64,000 bases of DNA. Source: Catajapyx aquilonaris (taxonomy: Eukaryota). The notes under the pieces are model-generated. The model was not told where the DNA came from, ran no database searches, and saw only the letters and a list, made by a program, of their open reading frames with translations. Where the stretch lies: NCBI GenBank assembly GCA_000934665.2, contig KZ538373.1, positions 1 to 64,000 of the forward strand, in the 5' to 3' direction. Shown piece by piece: positions 12,913 to 29,172 of the stretch (its first letter is position 1; each line of letters begins with the position of its first letter). The translations under genes were made by a program, and so were the position numbers.

Positions 12913-15900
12913 ATGGCCAAGGGCCCCTCCGCCCCCCCGCCCCCGAAACCGCCCTTTTCTCTGCGTTCCTTGCTGTTCGTTGCCGCCCTGCTGATCTGCC
13001 TTCGGGAAGGTAAACCATCGTTGTATTACCCACCCACTCAACCTTTTGCACCTGTCCTAAACTGGTACCACCCCTCAATACATATAGGGGACACTGAGGC
13101 TATCTCCTAGGAGGCTAATTTGAGCTCACTCCTAAGTAGCACAGTGGGATATCGAAATATCCAGTGGAGATTCAGTGGATATCCATAGGATCCACGTTAA
13201 AGATCCCCAGAGTGGCCAATAGGATGCGCGTTAAAGATCCCCAGAGTGGCCAATAGGATGCGCGTTAAAGATCCCCAGAGTGGCCAAATTTCCAGGAGGA
13301 CCGGTGTTGAGCCTAGTGGCAGAAATAGGCCGACGTTAAGCCCCCACTATAAAAGTGGTATAGAAGTGGCCTGTTCTTTCCAACCACAACGACGTCCGTG
13401 TGAACCCACGCCATCCAACATCAAAAAGGCCAGCAGCATTTTCAGATCTCCATCGCTTTGAATATCTTCCAAGCCGGTCTTTCTCCCCTCCTAGACTTAA
13501 GCCATGTTTCACTGCACACTGGTATTCTTTTGTGAGCAACATTCCTGGATCCCAACGTGGCAACACATCCAGGGTGTGCCAGGCTCAACAAAGGGTAATT
13601 CAAAAGAATGTTTTTCACACCGTGAAGAAAACGATGCCACATCTCCTCATCTTAAATAACTTAAAATGGCACTGGCTATAAATCGCGGGGTTATTAATAG
13701 CGGTAATTGAATGGGGGCGTGTCCTTGGCACAAAAGGGGATAGTTGAGACAATTATGGTCACGGTAGCGACCAGCTCGTGGACATTTTTTTTTTACAGCT
13801 CAACAACAGCTCTATCTGTAGATACCGCGTGATAATTATGCCCTTGAAATTTGAAGAGCCTCCCCTCTTCTTCTCTCCCCCCCCCCACCCTCCCCCACTT
13901 TTTTTTTCTAAAAGTTTTTGTGGGCCCTTCCTTTTCAATCCTCCCCTCGAGTCTGGAGGGGGGGAAAAAGAAAAGTCAAGGGTCTGTTCTTCTTCCCCCT
14001 CTTCCCCTTAACTGTGGAGCTTGTATCTGGAACGTTTTGTCAGGTTCTAAAGGCTACAAAGCGGTTGTACAGTTATCTGGTTACAGCTTCTTAAAAAGGA
14101 GTGGAAAAACGCGGGGGATATTGTCAACTGGTAGGATGATGATTAAAATGTTAAATATTTTATGTGGGGTGCAAACACGGATGATTTTGGCGAAAAAATG
14201 TGATTGGTTGGTGATGGATGACGAAGATGGCGGCGTTCAGTAGAGGCACCGGACGGCCGCCATCTTGGTGCTCCGACAGCCATATTTGCGTTCAGGCGGC
14301 GTGTTTGGCTCCAAATTTTACAAAATGAGATTTTTGACGACAATTATCGAAGTATGTGGTACCAAAGTGGGTGCCGGGGCCGCCATAGAAACCGCTCAAA
14401 TCGAGTTCGTGTTCCGCCCGGGGCTGAAAACCCTATAACTGACATGTGACACTTTCCCCTCCGCTTTCAATAGCCAGCATCAATCATGGGACCAAGCCCT
14501 AGGCGTGACTTATGCCGCGTTGCAATATGTGGAAAAACCCTTTTTCAAAAGGGGGGAGTAACTGACACTAAACGTAGGATAATTCGTGGCTTTCCAGGCA
14601 GACATGAAGAGAAAGAGAAGGATTATATATATAAAAAAAGAGGGCTTCTAAAGCATGCCTTCCCAACTTTCTTGGTCCCTACCCAACACCCAGAGATGGC
14701 TGAGTCTGATAAAGAGGACCGGCCTGCCCCTAGGCCAAGTCCACAACCCAGGCTCCACTTGATTTTCTTTTTTACTCCACCAAAGAGGCACCAACAGTCT
14801 CTGAACAATTTTTATTCTTGCAGGGTATGCGGGTTGCCGGTATGAACACTGCTCCAGGCTGTATGCGTATGCTGTGGAGGAGCACCGTGCACAGAAGGGG
14901 TCTGCTTTGGCTTACTGCTCAGTGCTGCGGTCCTATTCCACCTGTTTGCGAGGAACTGCTCGTACTTGCCGGGGGTACCTCCCATTCCACTCCATGCTCA
15001 GCCTGGTGGTCCAGTGGATGGCCAACAACAACTGCTCCCAAACCGGACCAACCCATACGCCATCAACTACCACTGCCGCCCCGTTGCACCACCACCACCA
15101 TCACCACCATCACAGATCCTCCATGTGCGAGTTCAAAGGGGATGAGAAGCACAGGTACTGCGCCTTGTTTGGAGACCCACACTTGCGGACGTTTGATGGG
15201 AGGTTCCAGACCTGCCGGGTGGCTGGAGCATGGCCTCTCATCGACAGCAAGCACTTGGCTGTGCAGGTCACCAATGAGCCAGTGGCAGCTGGTGCGACAG
15301 CTACGTACACAACCAAGGTGGGTTCCAATACACATTAATACATACATTACACATTAATACACATTATTACACATTAATACACATTATTGCTATACTGAAT
15401 ATAATAACTGATACCACTTTCATCCCCAGGTGACAGTGATATTCAAGTCGAGCGGGAAGTGTGCCTCAGAAAAAACCTATGAGGCACAATCGGATTCGCC
15501 TCTTCCGCCAACCTTCATTGATGGCTCCCAAACCAGTGGGGTAGATCATGCGGTGCGAATCGTCCAGCATCGTCCTGGTGCCCATGTGGAGCTGCAGGCC
15601 CATCACTTGGGAGCCACGCTAGTACTGCACCACACTGGGCGCCTCCTGACTTTTGCAGCCCGAGTGCCAAATTCACAGGTGGCAACATCTGGTCTTCAGC
15701 TGTGCAGCAACGGCTGTCCAGCTTCCGAGAGGCTGACTGGCCTTACAACTATGGCAGCTACAGAACAGTGCCGCAGTTACAATCTGACTGGACCGTATCT
15801 TGAAGGGTGCGCGTTTGACTTGTCTGCTACGGGTGACGAAGAGTTCATGGCAGCAGCCATCATGGCACAGTCTGACGCATGGACGTTAGGTGCTGGAGCA

Positions 15901-16008
15901 CTTAATGGAACACAAGAAGGAACAAAGAAGGCAGGCACATCCAGCACACCATCTTTAAGGGCTGGTGTCTTGTCGTTCTTTACCGTGTTTCTTTTTATTG
16001 GACGGTAA
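12913..16008 (+). CDS. RGM: Repulsive guidance molecule (RGM/DRAG-1 family) BMP co-receptor, 3 coding exons
   Basis: Exons ~12913-13009 (signal peptide), 14824-15317 and 15430-16008, with phase-compatible GT-AG splice sites. Contains the RGM N-domain (YCSVLRSYSTCL...CRGYLPFHS), the CALFGDPHLRTFD autocleavage motif, LQLCSNGCP, CAFDLSATGD and a hydrophobic GPI-type C-terminus. Confidence 0.93.
13185..13355 (+). mobile_element. 5'-truncated SINE copy (family A) with a triplicated 34-bp segment, in RGM intron 1
   Basis: CGTTAAAGATCCCCAGAGTGGCCAAATTTCCAGGAGGA...AGGCCGACGTTAAGCCCCCACT matches the copies at 43113-43269 (-) and 59704-60078 (+). Confidence 0.85.
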
Positions 16009-17094
16009 CAATGGGAGAATAACGATGGTTGATGCTTTATGGGGGAGACATATCAGAATTTTTTTAAGGAATTTGTTGCCTGCAGTAGTGGTTTACTGTT
16101 ATATACTGCAATATTCTGCAAATTAGTGATTTTCAAGTAAAAGCAGTGTTGACCAATTTTGAAAATGTAAGTTGGATTCAATATCTGATGCAAACTGCAA
16201 CTGATATTGAATCCACCATCTGGTGGCATAGATCAGGGAATTGTTGATATTTTTCCAATGAAAAATACATGTTCAGTAAAAAATACTCTTACAAGACAGG
16301 GTAAAACAGGGAAATAACCTGCAATTCATGTCCTACACACACTGCAGGCGCAACTGATCACGTGATAACTACCAGTTTCTCCGTAATCCTCGTCAACTCC
16401 CATAGAGTGTCACCACTGTAAATATGTGTCATATGCGAAGTGTGGCAAAGAAGTGCCCTGTACTCATTGCAAACTTCTGACAAAGGTGACGCAATGGAGG
16501 TTGCCAAATTCGGATGTCGCGACTGAACTGAACCTGTGAATGGAGATGCCATATTTGATAGAACGTTCGTGATAAAAGGACTGCCATATTTGAGCACTGA
16601 AAATTTATGCTGGGTATGGAGCGTTGTTTCCATGGTGGGAACTAAGACTGCGGATATCTGGACACTTGCAATGGCAGTGTTGTAAATAAGAATTTCTTAC
16701 CCTCTTTTCCCCCACCAGTCTCCTAGATTTCTTTTGAACATCAAGCTTTCACTTTACAAAACCAACATCCACGCAAAATATAATTGTTATTTAGTGTAAA
16801 CTCATACTAGACAAGTGACGTGTTCAAACCAGATTTTTAAAAAGTCTAGTCAAGTTATAGAAAACTCAGAGAAGCAGATTTTTATTGTTCTGGATGTGAA
16901 ATAAATAGACGGTAATTGTCGCCGACAGAGATCTCAGAGCTGCAAACAGCACAACGAGATTCAAACAGTGGTTTTTAAAATAATGTGTACCGACCCTGGT
17001 ATTTTTTTACTCCTGATGTTTTAATGGAAGGAAGCCTGTACAAATTTTCAATTAAAGTTAGATGAACTTGCAAACCCAAACAGCTGACCATTCT

Positions 17095-21091
<3,997 letters not shown>

Positions 21092-22736
21092 CTTCGCTTC
21101 TTATGACCGGCGAAAAAGCTGAGTAACCTATGATCTACGAATAGATCAGAATAGAAATCAACGGGCCAATCAGGAGGAAGATCGGGGCCAGACTGACCAA
21201 TCACAACACTGCAACTGGAAGATGTAAACTGAGAGCGAGCAGGAAATAGCGCAACAGCTATTATGCAAATATTAGCTATAAAACAGTTGATGCAAATTGC
21301 GGATCGTAACAATGGTCTTTAGGACCGGAAAAATGATTGTTGCGCAACTGTCTGAACGGTGCGTTGGTGTTTCATGTACCGTGTGTCATTTTACAATATT
21401 GGAGTGAGCCAATTGGTTATGTGGGCCATGTGTACAATATCAGTAGCTAATACTGTGTCCAAAGTAGCAGCTACATTTCAGCGTGACATGCAGGATCATG
21501 CTTTTATTTCACTCGCTTCCTGCTAGATGGCAGCATGTCCTAAGGGGAAAATTTTACCGCCTAATTTTGAACACTATCTGAACAACTATATGGGCCGTAT
21601 TCAGAGTCAACAACAAGAAGTTAGTGCAGTGCTTTAAACCACGTGATCCAGTTCACTAAGAAAAGTCGCATGCAGAGTCGCACTTTAGGCCTAGTTCGGG
21701 CCTAGTGCGGACTTAGTGCGATCCTGCTAAAGCGGTGCACTAAGGCAAACCTTAGTGAAGGGGACCCTATGTATCCGTAGTCAAAGGTAACAAAATGTCA
21801 TTTGAGTCAAGTCTTTATTCTGCACACATCTTCACATTCAAACTGGAGTAACCCAAGACACCTGTAAATTATCTAAGAATTCACTCATGCTGTAGGTCTG
21901 ATTGCACCACTTAGGTTTGTACTTGTTAATCATTGAAAAGAATTAACCAAACAATTATTTGCAGGCAAATCCGAGTGATGCAACTTGCTCTTAAAAACTT
22001 CATTTACCATCATAATAATGCACACAACACCAACTGCTGAAGTGTTGAATCATGCTACCATTCATGTAATGGTGTTCCATACCATTGGAGTCTAAGGTCA
22101 TACCTAGAAAAAAGCAACTTATCCATATATTATTGCCTAACCATTTCAAAATCATCCTGCAGAGTTGCCAATAAATTATGCAAACAGGAAATGGATGGAG
22201 GGGGGGATATTAAGGGTATATGAGTTTTCACCTTCACTTCTCAAGTAACATCAAGAAATTAATACGTAATTGTTCATCTTACATACCATGGATGGTTAGA
22301 TCTGACATGATGTTTGGACAGTGCAGTGTGTTGATTTAGATGAGATCTATTTGGACAAAGTGTACGAAGAGGTACCAAAGACAATATCATTGAATGGTTC
22401 AGGATGAAAGAGTTAGGGCAAAGTGATATATAACATCTGTATTTTGTACTACACCACAATAGAGTGCAGACAGTACCTAACTCGCACAACTCCAATATGC
22501 ATAAAAGGACTGATGGAAAAGATTTCAGACATTTGACAAATCTATAGAATGAACTGTTCATGTAAAATGTGAGCAAGTGCAAAAAATGGGCTTAAATTGT
22601 GGCACATGGAGAACTTGACACCACTTGTCTCGACTCATTCCCTCACTAGTTACACATGACAAACATTTGCACCCTGCTTCTGGGCCTCACTGGGAATCCC
22701 CTCTGGCTTGCAAGGGGTTCACTGGAATATTACAAT

Positions 22737-23008
22737 AATAATAATAATGGATACCCTGTGATAGGCCTCCTTGGGCCTTAGAGGGGATCATCTTTTAAAT
22801 ATCCGACTTTAATCATTGCCTGCGCTGTGATGGATTTTGATTGTGGGAGGAAACGGGAGAACCCCGAGAGATCCCACATGAACACAGAGAGAACTCATCA
22901 AAACTCTATCCACATAAGTATCCTCTGTACAACCCGGGGATCGAACTCGGGACCTTAGAGGTGGAAGGCTGCCGCGCTAACCACTCCGCCACCGTGTAGC
23001 CCAAATCA
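22737..23008 (-). mobile_element. Full-length tRNA-derived SINE (family B, V/Meta-domain-like core) with 12-bp TSD
   Basis: Minus strand shows A-box TGGCGGAGTGG, B-box GAGTTCGATCC, core TCTCCCGTTTCCTCCCACA and a (TTA)n tail. Direct repeat GAATATTACAAT at 22725-22736 and 23009-23020. Confidence 0.88.
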
Positions 23009-23987
23009 GAATATTACAATGACTTCAGTATCGATGTATATAATAAAAATTCAAAAGAATTCTGTTGGGAGAGGTCAGTTACTTATTTTAAAAGCATATG
23101 CTGGAGCACCAATGCAACGAGTGGGCCACTCGAGCATCAGCCCTGTCACACACCAACCTTCCCCATAGTACGAAAGCCAGAAATAACATCCAACTGGTTC
23201 AATAACATGGTCAAGTTTGGCTCATTCTAATACACTGCTTTCAATTACCTCTGCATTGCCTAATCCACCATATTACCATGGTGTTTCCCTGCATCTCTCA
23301 CTACAGCCTCACTCTCATCTACCCCACGAGTGTTCAATTCTCTCTCCCCTTCTTGAACAATGCCTGCACCCTCCTGTCGCCCGTCCTGATCCTCACCTTC
23401 AATGGTGCAGAACTTCACCTCAGCAACAGTCATTAGGGTGATTCAGCACCTCCATCTGATCGCTACCATGAATAATTATACATGAGAGCAATGGTACCTA
23501 GGTGGAAGAGGCACCAAGGGGTTTCCCTCTCACCAACCTGTCCTACTTGGTGCAGCCAGAGGAACTCAGACGGAAGCATGCATAAGAGCAGCTCGTGTAA
23601 TGCATCCTATTCTTGACTTTCGATGCAGACTTGAATTTTAAAATGCTAATTTCACCACATGAGGCTGAAAAAATTGCATCAAACCAACCCCCTTCAAAAA
23701 ACGGCACTCTCACAGAGCAAAACCTTGATATGCGCAAGTGGCATCAAACAATCAACGCATAAATCCTTTGCCAGTTATTCATGCATTTAGGACTGGCATT
23801 TAGCATGCAACTGGGTTACAGACGTAGGACGGTTACACAGCAATCACACGGTAACTGCCCAGTTATATCAAAATGTGATTGGACTTGTATTGATTTCGTC
23901 AACGATTTATTAACCACAACAAGGTGCAAAAATATTGTAAAAATGAGTCAACAGTTATTGCGACACCCTTCACAAATCCCCTTTGGT

Positions 23988-24617
23988 TCAAAGGTAGTGC
24001 AACAGGACCCTGGCGGCAAAGAAAATGTTGATGGCAACGCCAACACCAAAAGCAATCGCTCTTGCAGGCTGCGGCACGACGTAGATGGCGTACACTACAG
24101 TGTGCGCAACCCTTGCGATTGTGAAGATCCAGAACAGCATTTGGGCCATTGCGGCGGCCGGGTTGGTGGTCACGTACAGCAGTCCGAGGATGAAGAAGGG
24201 AACGATATTTTCCAGGTCATTCTGATGAGCTCGTCGAAGGCGCTCGACATCAGGGTCATCAAAACGAACCTTTCCCTTGCCTTTGTTTACTCTCACATCC
24301 TCTGGATTTGAAAACACCTGCAAGTCATTGTGCATGATTATATTGCGTAACACTTCCCAAATCATTACAAAAACAGTTCCTAGTGTAGTTGAAATATGAA
24401 AACTGGCGTCTTGCGATGAATTGCCCTGTGAATTACGCAATGACTCTGCAGGTCTTGATAAAAACTTGGTTTCCATCACAAACGGAGCAACACTTACACC
24501 CTTCTTCATACGTGTAGCCCCGGTGAGGCCACTCATCATCATCATTTTGACGGCCAGGATCGCAGCGCAGAACGCATACGACGTGAAGACCGTGTTGGAG
24601 GAAGAGAACACGTCCAT
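23988..24617 (-). CDS. MGST1: Microsomal glutathione S-transferase 1-like (MAPEG), copy A, 2 exons
   Basis: VFSNPED...DDPDVERLRRAHQNDLENIVPF and ARVAHT motifs. In-frame intron at ~24319-24498. Confidence 0.95.
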   Translation of the reverse strand: MDVFSSSNTVFTSYAFCAAILAVKMMMMSGLTGATRMKKGVSVAPFVMETKFLSRPAESLRNSQGNSSQDASFHISTTLGTVFVMIWEVLRNIIMHNDLQVFSNPEDVRVNKGKGKVRFDDPDVERLRRAHQNDLENIVPFFILGLLYVTTNPAAAMAQMLFWIFTIARVAHTVVYAIYVVPQPARAIAFGVGVAINIFFAARVLLHYL

Positions 24618-25265
24618 CGTTGATATATGGGGACTGGGCTTCTAACTGAAAAGGAAATCATTAAGTACCACACGCAACGTAGTAGCCCCAATGCTAATGT
24701 CGGCTAATGTCAACCGTGCAGCCAGGGAGCACCTGTTGTCCTCAGCGCACAGGCACACAGTATATCCCCCTTGATATCCCCTGAGCCCCCCAGTACCTTA
24801 CATGCAGTTGCAACGATGCAGCTGGAAGGAAGGAGGAAGGAAGAGAAGACTCTATATTTCCCACCCACCTTTTGCCCCCCCCCCCCTAGCTTCCACGTCA
24901 CGGGGACAAGGTCAAGCCCCGTCCCCTCCAACCCTCCACACCCTGCCCTCCTTACAAAGCAAGATAAACATCACATCACAAAAAACACCAACCAGTCTTC
25001 CCTTCACCAGAAGAGGACTAAAAAAAAAGTAGCTACTTATCCCAAGTAGCAGCTCCATCAAATATAGCTGATATAACTGTGGGAATTTGGTGGGAATATT
25101 AAAACAAATATTTTATTTTTATTTATTTATTTATACCCCATCTTCATTCCATTAGGGGGGTGGAATACCACCATTCAATGGGGCCAAGGATAGGGAAGGA
25201 AGCGGCTGTGGCCTATTATTATATTATTTAAGCAAATATTTGTCAGCAACTCTTTATTTGGGTCA

Positions 25266-25825
25266 TCAGATGTAATGCATGATGCCACGGATGGCAAAGA
25301 ACATGTTTATTAAGCATGGGATTAAGAAGGTGATTGCTCGGGCTGGTTGACGGACAAGGTATATGGTGTAGACGATGGTGTGGAGGATGCGGGAAATTGT
25401 GAAGAGCCAGATTAGATTGCAGGCTAGTCCGGGCGAAGGGTTTGTGGTCATGTATATTAGTGACAGGATGTAGAAGGGGATGATGTTCTCCAGGTCGTTC
25501 AGGAGGGAGCGGCGGAGGCGTTCCACTAGGGGGTCGTCATACTTCACTTTGCCGTGTCCGAAGTATTTCACGTCTTCAGGGTTGCCAAACACCTAGAAAT
25601 TTACATGGATACGAGTAATATGGTGAAGGTGTAACAATACCATTTCATCGTAAAACAGTACACTCTTAACAACACTACACTAGGCAAGTATCAAGTGCTA
25701 CTTACACCTTTATTCACTCGCACCAGACCAGTGGCATTGGCCATCAGGATCATTTTGATGGCAAGAATGCCGCAGCATACTCCATACGTAGCGAAAACTG
25801 GGTTGGACGACGAAAACACATCCAT
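25266..25825 (-). CDS. MGST1: Microsomal glutathione S-transferase 1-like (MAPEG), copy B, 2 exons
   Basis: Exon 1 MDVFSSSNPVFATYGVCCGILAIKMILMANATGLVRVNKG; exon 2 VFGNPED...VERLRRSLLNDLENIIPF...SRILHT. Intron position matches copy A. Confidence 0.92.
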
Positions 25826-27267
25826 TGCGTTGAAATTTCTAATAAATTGTAGAGTACTTGATTCTCTCCTGCACTTCGCTTGACAAAATGTGTGCTACAT
25901 ATCTAATCCATCCACTTGTAGTTATTGTGTAATGCTTACACAACCCTCAGAAGTCAACTCACATCCACAAGTAAGTTTGATCAGGGGAAAAAATGATTAC
26001 GTAACACAATATCATTTAAGAGCTAACCAGTTGCCTCGTAAAATATAGCGGACGAAGACTTGCGACTTGTAGAACACTTTTGCACGATCGTGACTTACGA
26101 GGTATGTTCATGACATTCCGACTCTGTAAACACTGGTTGTCAAAAAAATATGGATTCAAGCTCATCGCAAAAAACTGAAATATATTGCCAAGAATTGCAC
26201 ATTCTCCCAATAGTTTGGGTGAAACCCTTGATCACACATGTCACATCATGTAAACATTACTTCCGCAGAATCACGCTCGACAATTTCTTGCAGGCTGAAA
26301 CCTTCAGCAATCGTGCCCATACAAGGGATGCAAACATGTACGACTGTAAATGGAATTCCCTGGGATTAACTTTTGCTTTCACCTAGTACACAGGACATAA
26401 AAAGTGTAGAAACTATTTTACACTATAATACAAGACTCAAATTGTGAAACAGTAATATTCGAGCACATGCATAGATAATGCACTCAAAACACTCTCTTGC
26501 TGAATCGACTTGGCAAAAATGTGTTTAGGTAAATATACGGCATAGGAACTTCTGGAAAATGACAGTAATTGTATATTTGTATATCTCTCAACAGCAATTT
26601 TCTAAACGGGCCCTCTCTCTGAAGGGTTCTTTGAGATATTGCTCATCTGGCAGTGCAGATGCTGCTAATTTTTAAGCAGCTACTTTTTAAGTTACTTTTA
26701 ATTGACAATAAAAAATTATCTGCTATTATTATATTGCATAGCTTCTCAAAAATACATTTCCAATAGGAAATCAATTCAAATGTTGTATCGGGTTGGATAC
26801 ACATTTCAATTTGGCCTAATATTAGCAGCGAATACTTTTGATGGCCTCGAAAAGTAACTTTAAATGGAATTGCTTTAAAATATGCAGATTAGTGCCAAAA
26901 ACTAAGAGACATTTCAACTGCAACGCACTGTTGTGTTGCACTAGAAACAACTGCCTTCACATGAAAGGTGCCAATTACTTGTAACCTTGACAAGTGGCTG
27001 TTGAAGGTCACTCTAACACTTCAGCTGGAATGTACACAATAAAAGTATCAAAACCCGAACTACAGTTTCCTTCATTCCACTATTCACCTTTGCATTCAAT
27101 AGGTGCAACGCCAATCCCTTTCTTCAAAATTACACTGGCAGACCAATCATAATCTGAGGTTATGGAGTTCAAAATTACCTATTTCTGTTTGCCATATGTA
27201 GTTGACAATCGCTCTACAAATGTAATTTTCATAATTAGTTTTTTTTACACAAAATCCTCCCATACAA

Positions 27268-28465
27268 CTACACTCTGAGTATCTGCGGCTTGACCCCAAT
27301 CCTGTCAATCACATGTTGGGGCATGCAGAAAACTGGATTGACTTTCTGCAGATCAGGATGGTTCATTAGTGAAAGAGCTGCCAGTCCAAAGACGGTGTGG
27401 AATGGGTCAGGAAGGTCTCCAGGCCTGTCACTGAAACCGCCTGTCTCTGGGTCCTGACAGGCCATGATGAACCGAGTCATTGCTGTTTGATCAATCCAAT
27501 GGAGTCGGCCAAGGATGCTCAGGACAGCTAGCACCCACCAGGAATAGCACACATCTGGGAGCTTCTCTGGGCGACCGTTAAGTCCACCTGATGGAAGCTG
27601 ACGCTCACATAGCCACCAGCCCAGAACATCAGCATTCACCTTATCCAGGTCGCCTATAAGGTCATTGGAAGCTCAGCAAATAGTCCAGACCTTTCTGTCT
27701 CAGTTAGACAAACCTGTAATTGAGAGCATCCCAACACAGCAGTAAATCTGGCCAGCATGACTTTCCGACCCTGGTCTGCATCCAAATCCACCGTCAAAGT
27801 TCATGCAGGAGAGCACGTAGTCCACCGCTTTCGGCACATTTATGGCATCCAGTCGACCCTGTAAGACGCAATGGTCAGCTTCAATTTTGTCACACATACT
27901 AATCGGTGAAAAAGCAGGACTCACGAGTAGTGCGAGGCAGTGGACAGCGCAGAAGGAGAATCGTGTGTCCACCTCTCCCCACTTGTCCCCCTTGAAGCTC
28001 CCATCCTCGTTTTGCAGTCCAGCCACGTACTGCACCACCTTGTCCTTGTCCACCACGCACCCTTCCCCCACAGCACCGTACAGGGTCAGCACCTGCATTG
28101 CGCTCAGGGTGTACAGCAGGTGCGGGTCGTGCCCCGTGGAGGCCCCTATTCCTCCAGACTCAGGGTCCTGGCACTTCCCTATGAAGACCAGGATCTCCTC
28201 CCGACTCATGCGGTCCAGCTGACCCATCAGGGACATGGCAGTCAGGCCCCAGTACATCCCAGACATGCGCAGGTACTCTGTCATGCAAAACTCCTGCAAG
28301 AGACGGTCTAGTTAGAGCAATGCACAATAAGTGTGGTGCAAGCGCACGGCGTACGTAGTCATCCTTGTTGGATCCGTATGAGGCGATGTAGTCCGCGTGC
28401 TTCTGCAGCATGAGGACCTTCGGTACCTCCTCCTTCAGGGTCACGTCCACTAGAAGGTTGGCCAT
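27268..28465 (-). CDS. RABGGTB: Rab geranylgeranyltransferase (type II) beta subunit
   Basis: [63 protein letters not shown] and DPFHTVFG motifs across 4 exons. Confidence 0.97.
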
Positions 28466-29132
28466 CCTCTTGGGTCAGGGCAAGGCGACCTTTGACCCCA
28501 CAGGCGAAGAGCGTCCACCCAAAAGCGACTCTGCAGTGGAAGTGAGGGAATCGGATGATCCTGATAGCATATGATGGCGATACCAAATGTGATTGGTCAG
28601 GTGCCCTCCACCGAGCACTGGGAGACAACCAATCACAAGCCGGAACCAATGAAGCATAGCTGTTTTAACTGTTAAATTTATAATTTAAGGCCAATAATCG
28701 CTGTAACTGTCAAGTTTTAAGGCACACAGTCATGTGCTCTGTACAATGTATCCAGGAGACTTAATCAGTTGTAATGGGTCACAGAGATGACCTTGTTTCC
28801 CAGCCATTAATGACTTTCAGCTTTATCTTGCTTAACATGTTCATTTAAAAAATTTCAAAACTATCACGAATAATTACATAATTCACCCCAGCCAAACCTT
28901 GAAATATTTATATTATTTTTATAGGAAACAAAAAATAATAATTCGTCCTTGCACTGACCCTTCGCATGTTCAGAGTTTATGAAACTCGTGTTGGTCAGTG
29001 GTCATCTAATTATTTCATGTGGCAACAAATGAATAATCAACAGGCCAGTGCTGCGCGTGTCAGGTGTGTAGGTACACAGTCATACAGCAAAAAAATATCA
29101 ACGTCAATTCTCTTGCATAATGTACTGTACAG

Positions 29133-29170
29133 TATAAAAAGGATAGACGCTTCTTTGAAGTCGTTCATTA
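29133..29170 (+). promoter_or_regulatory. Putative TATA box and initiator for the oxygenase-fold gene
   Basis: TATAAAA at 29133, TCATT ~30 nt downstream, then ATG at 29173. Confidence 0.45.
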
Positions 29171-29172
29171 CG

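Noticed and set aside
22940..23002. tRNA gene
   Set aside because: A and B boxes are present, but it is the head of a TSD-flanked SINE and has no proper acceptor stem.
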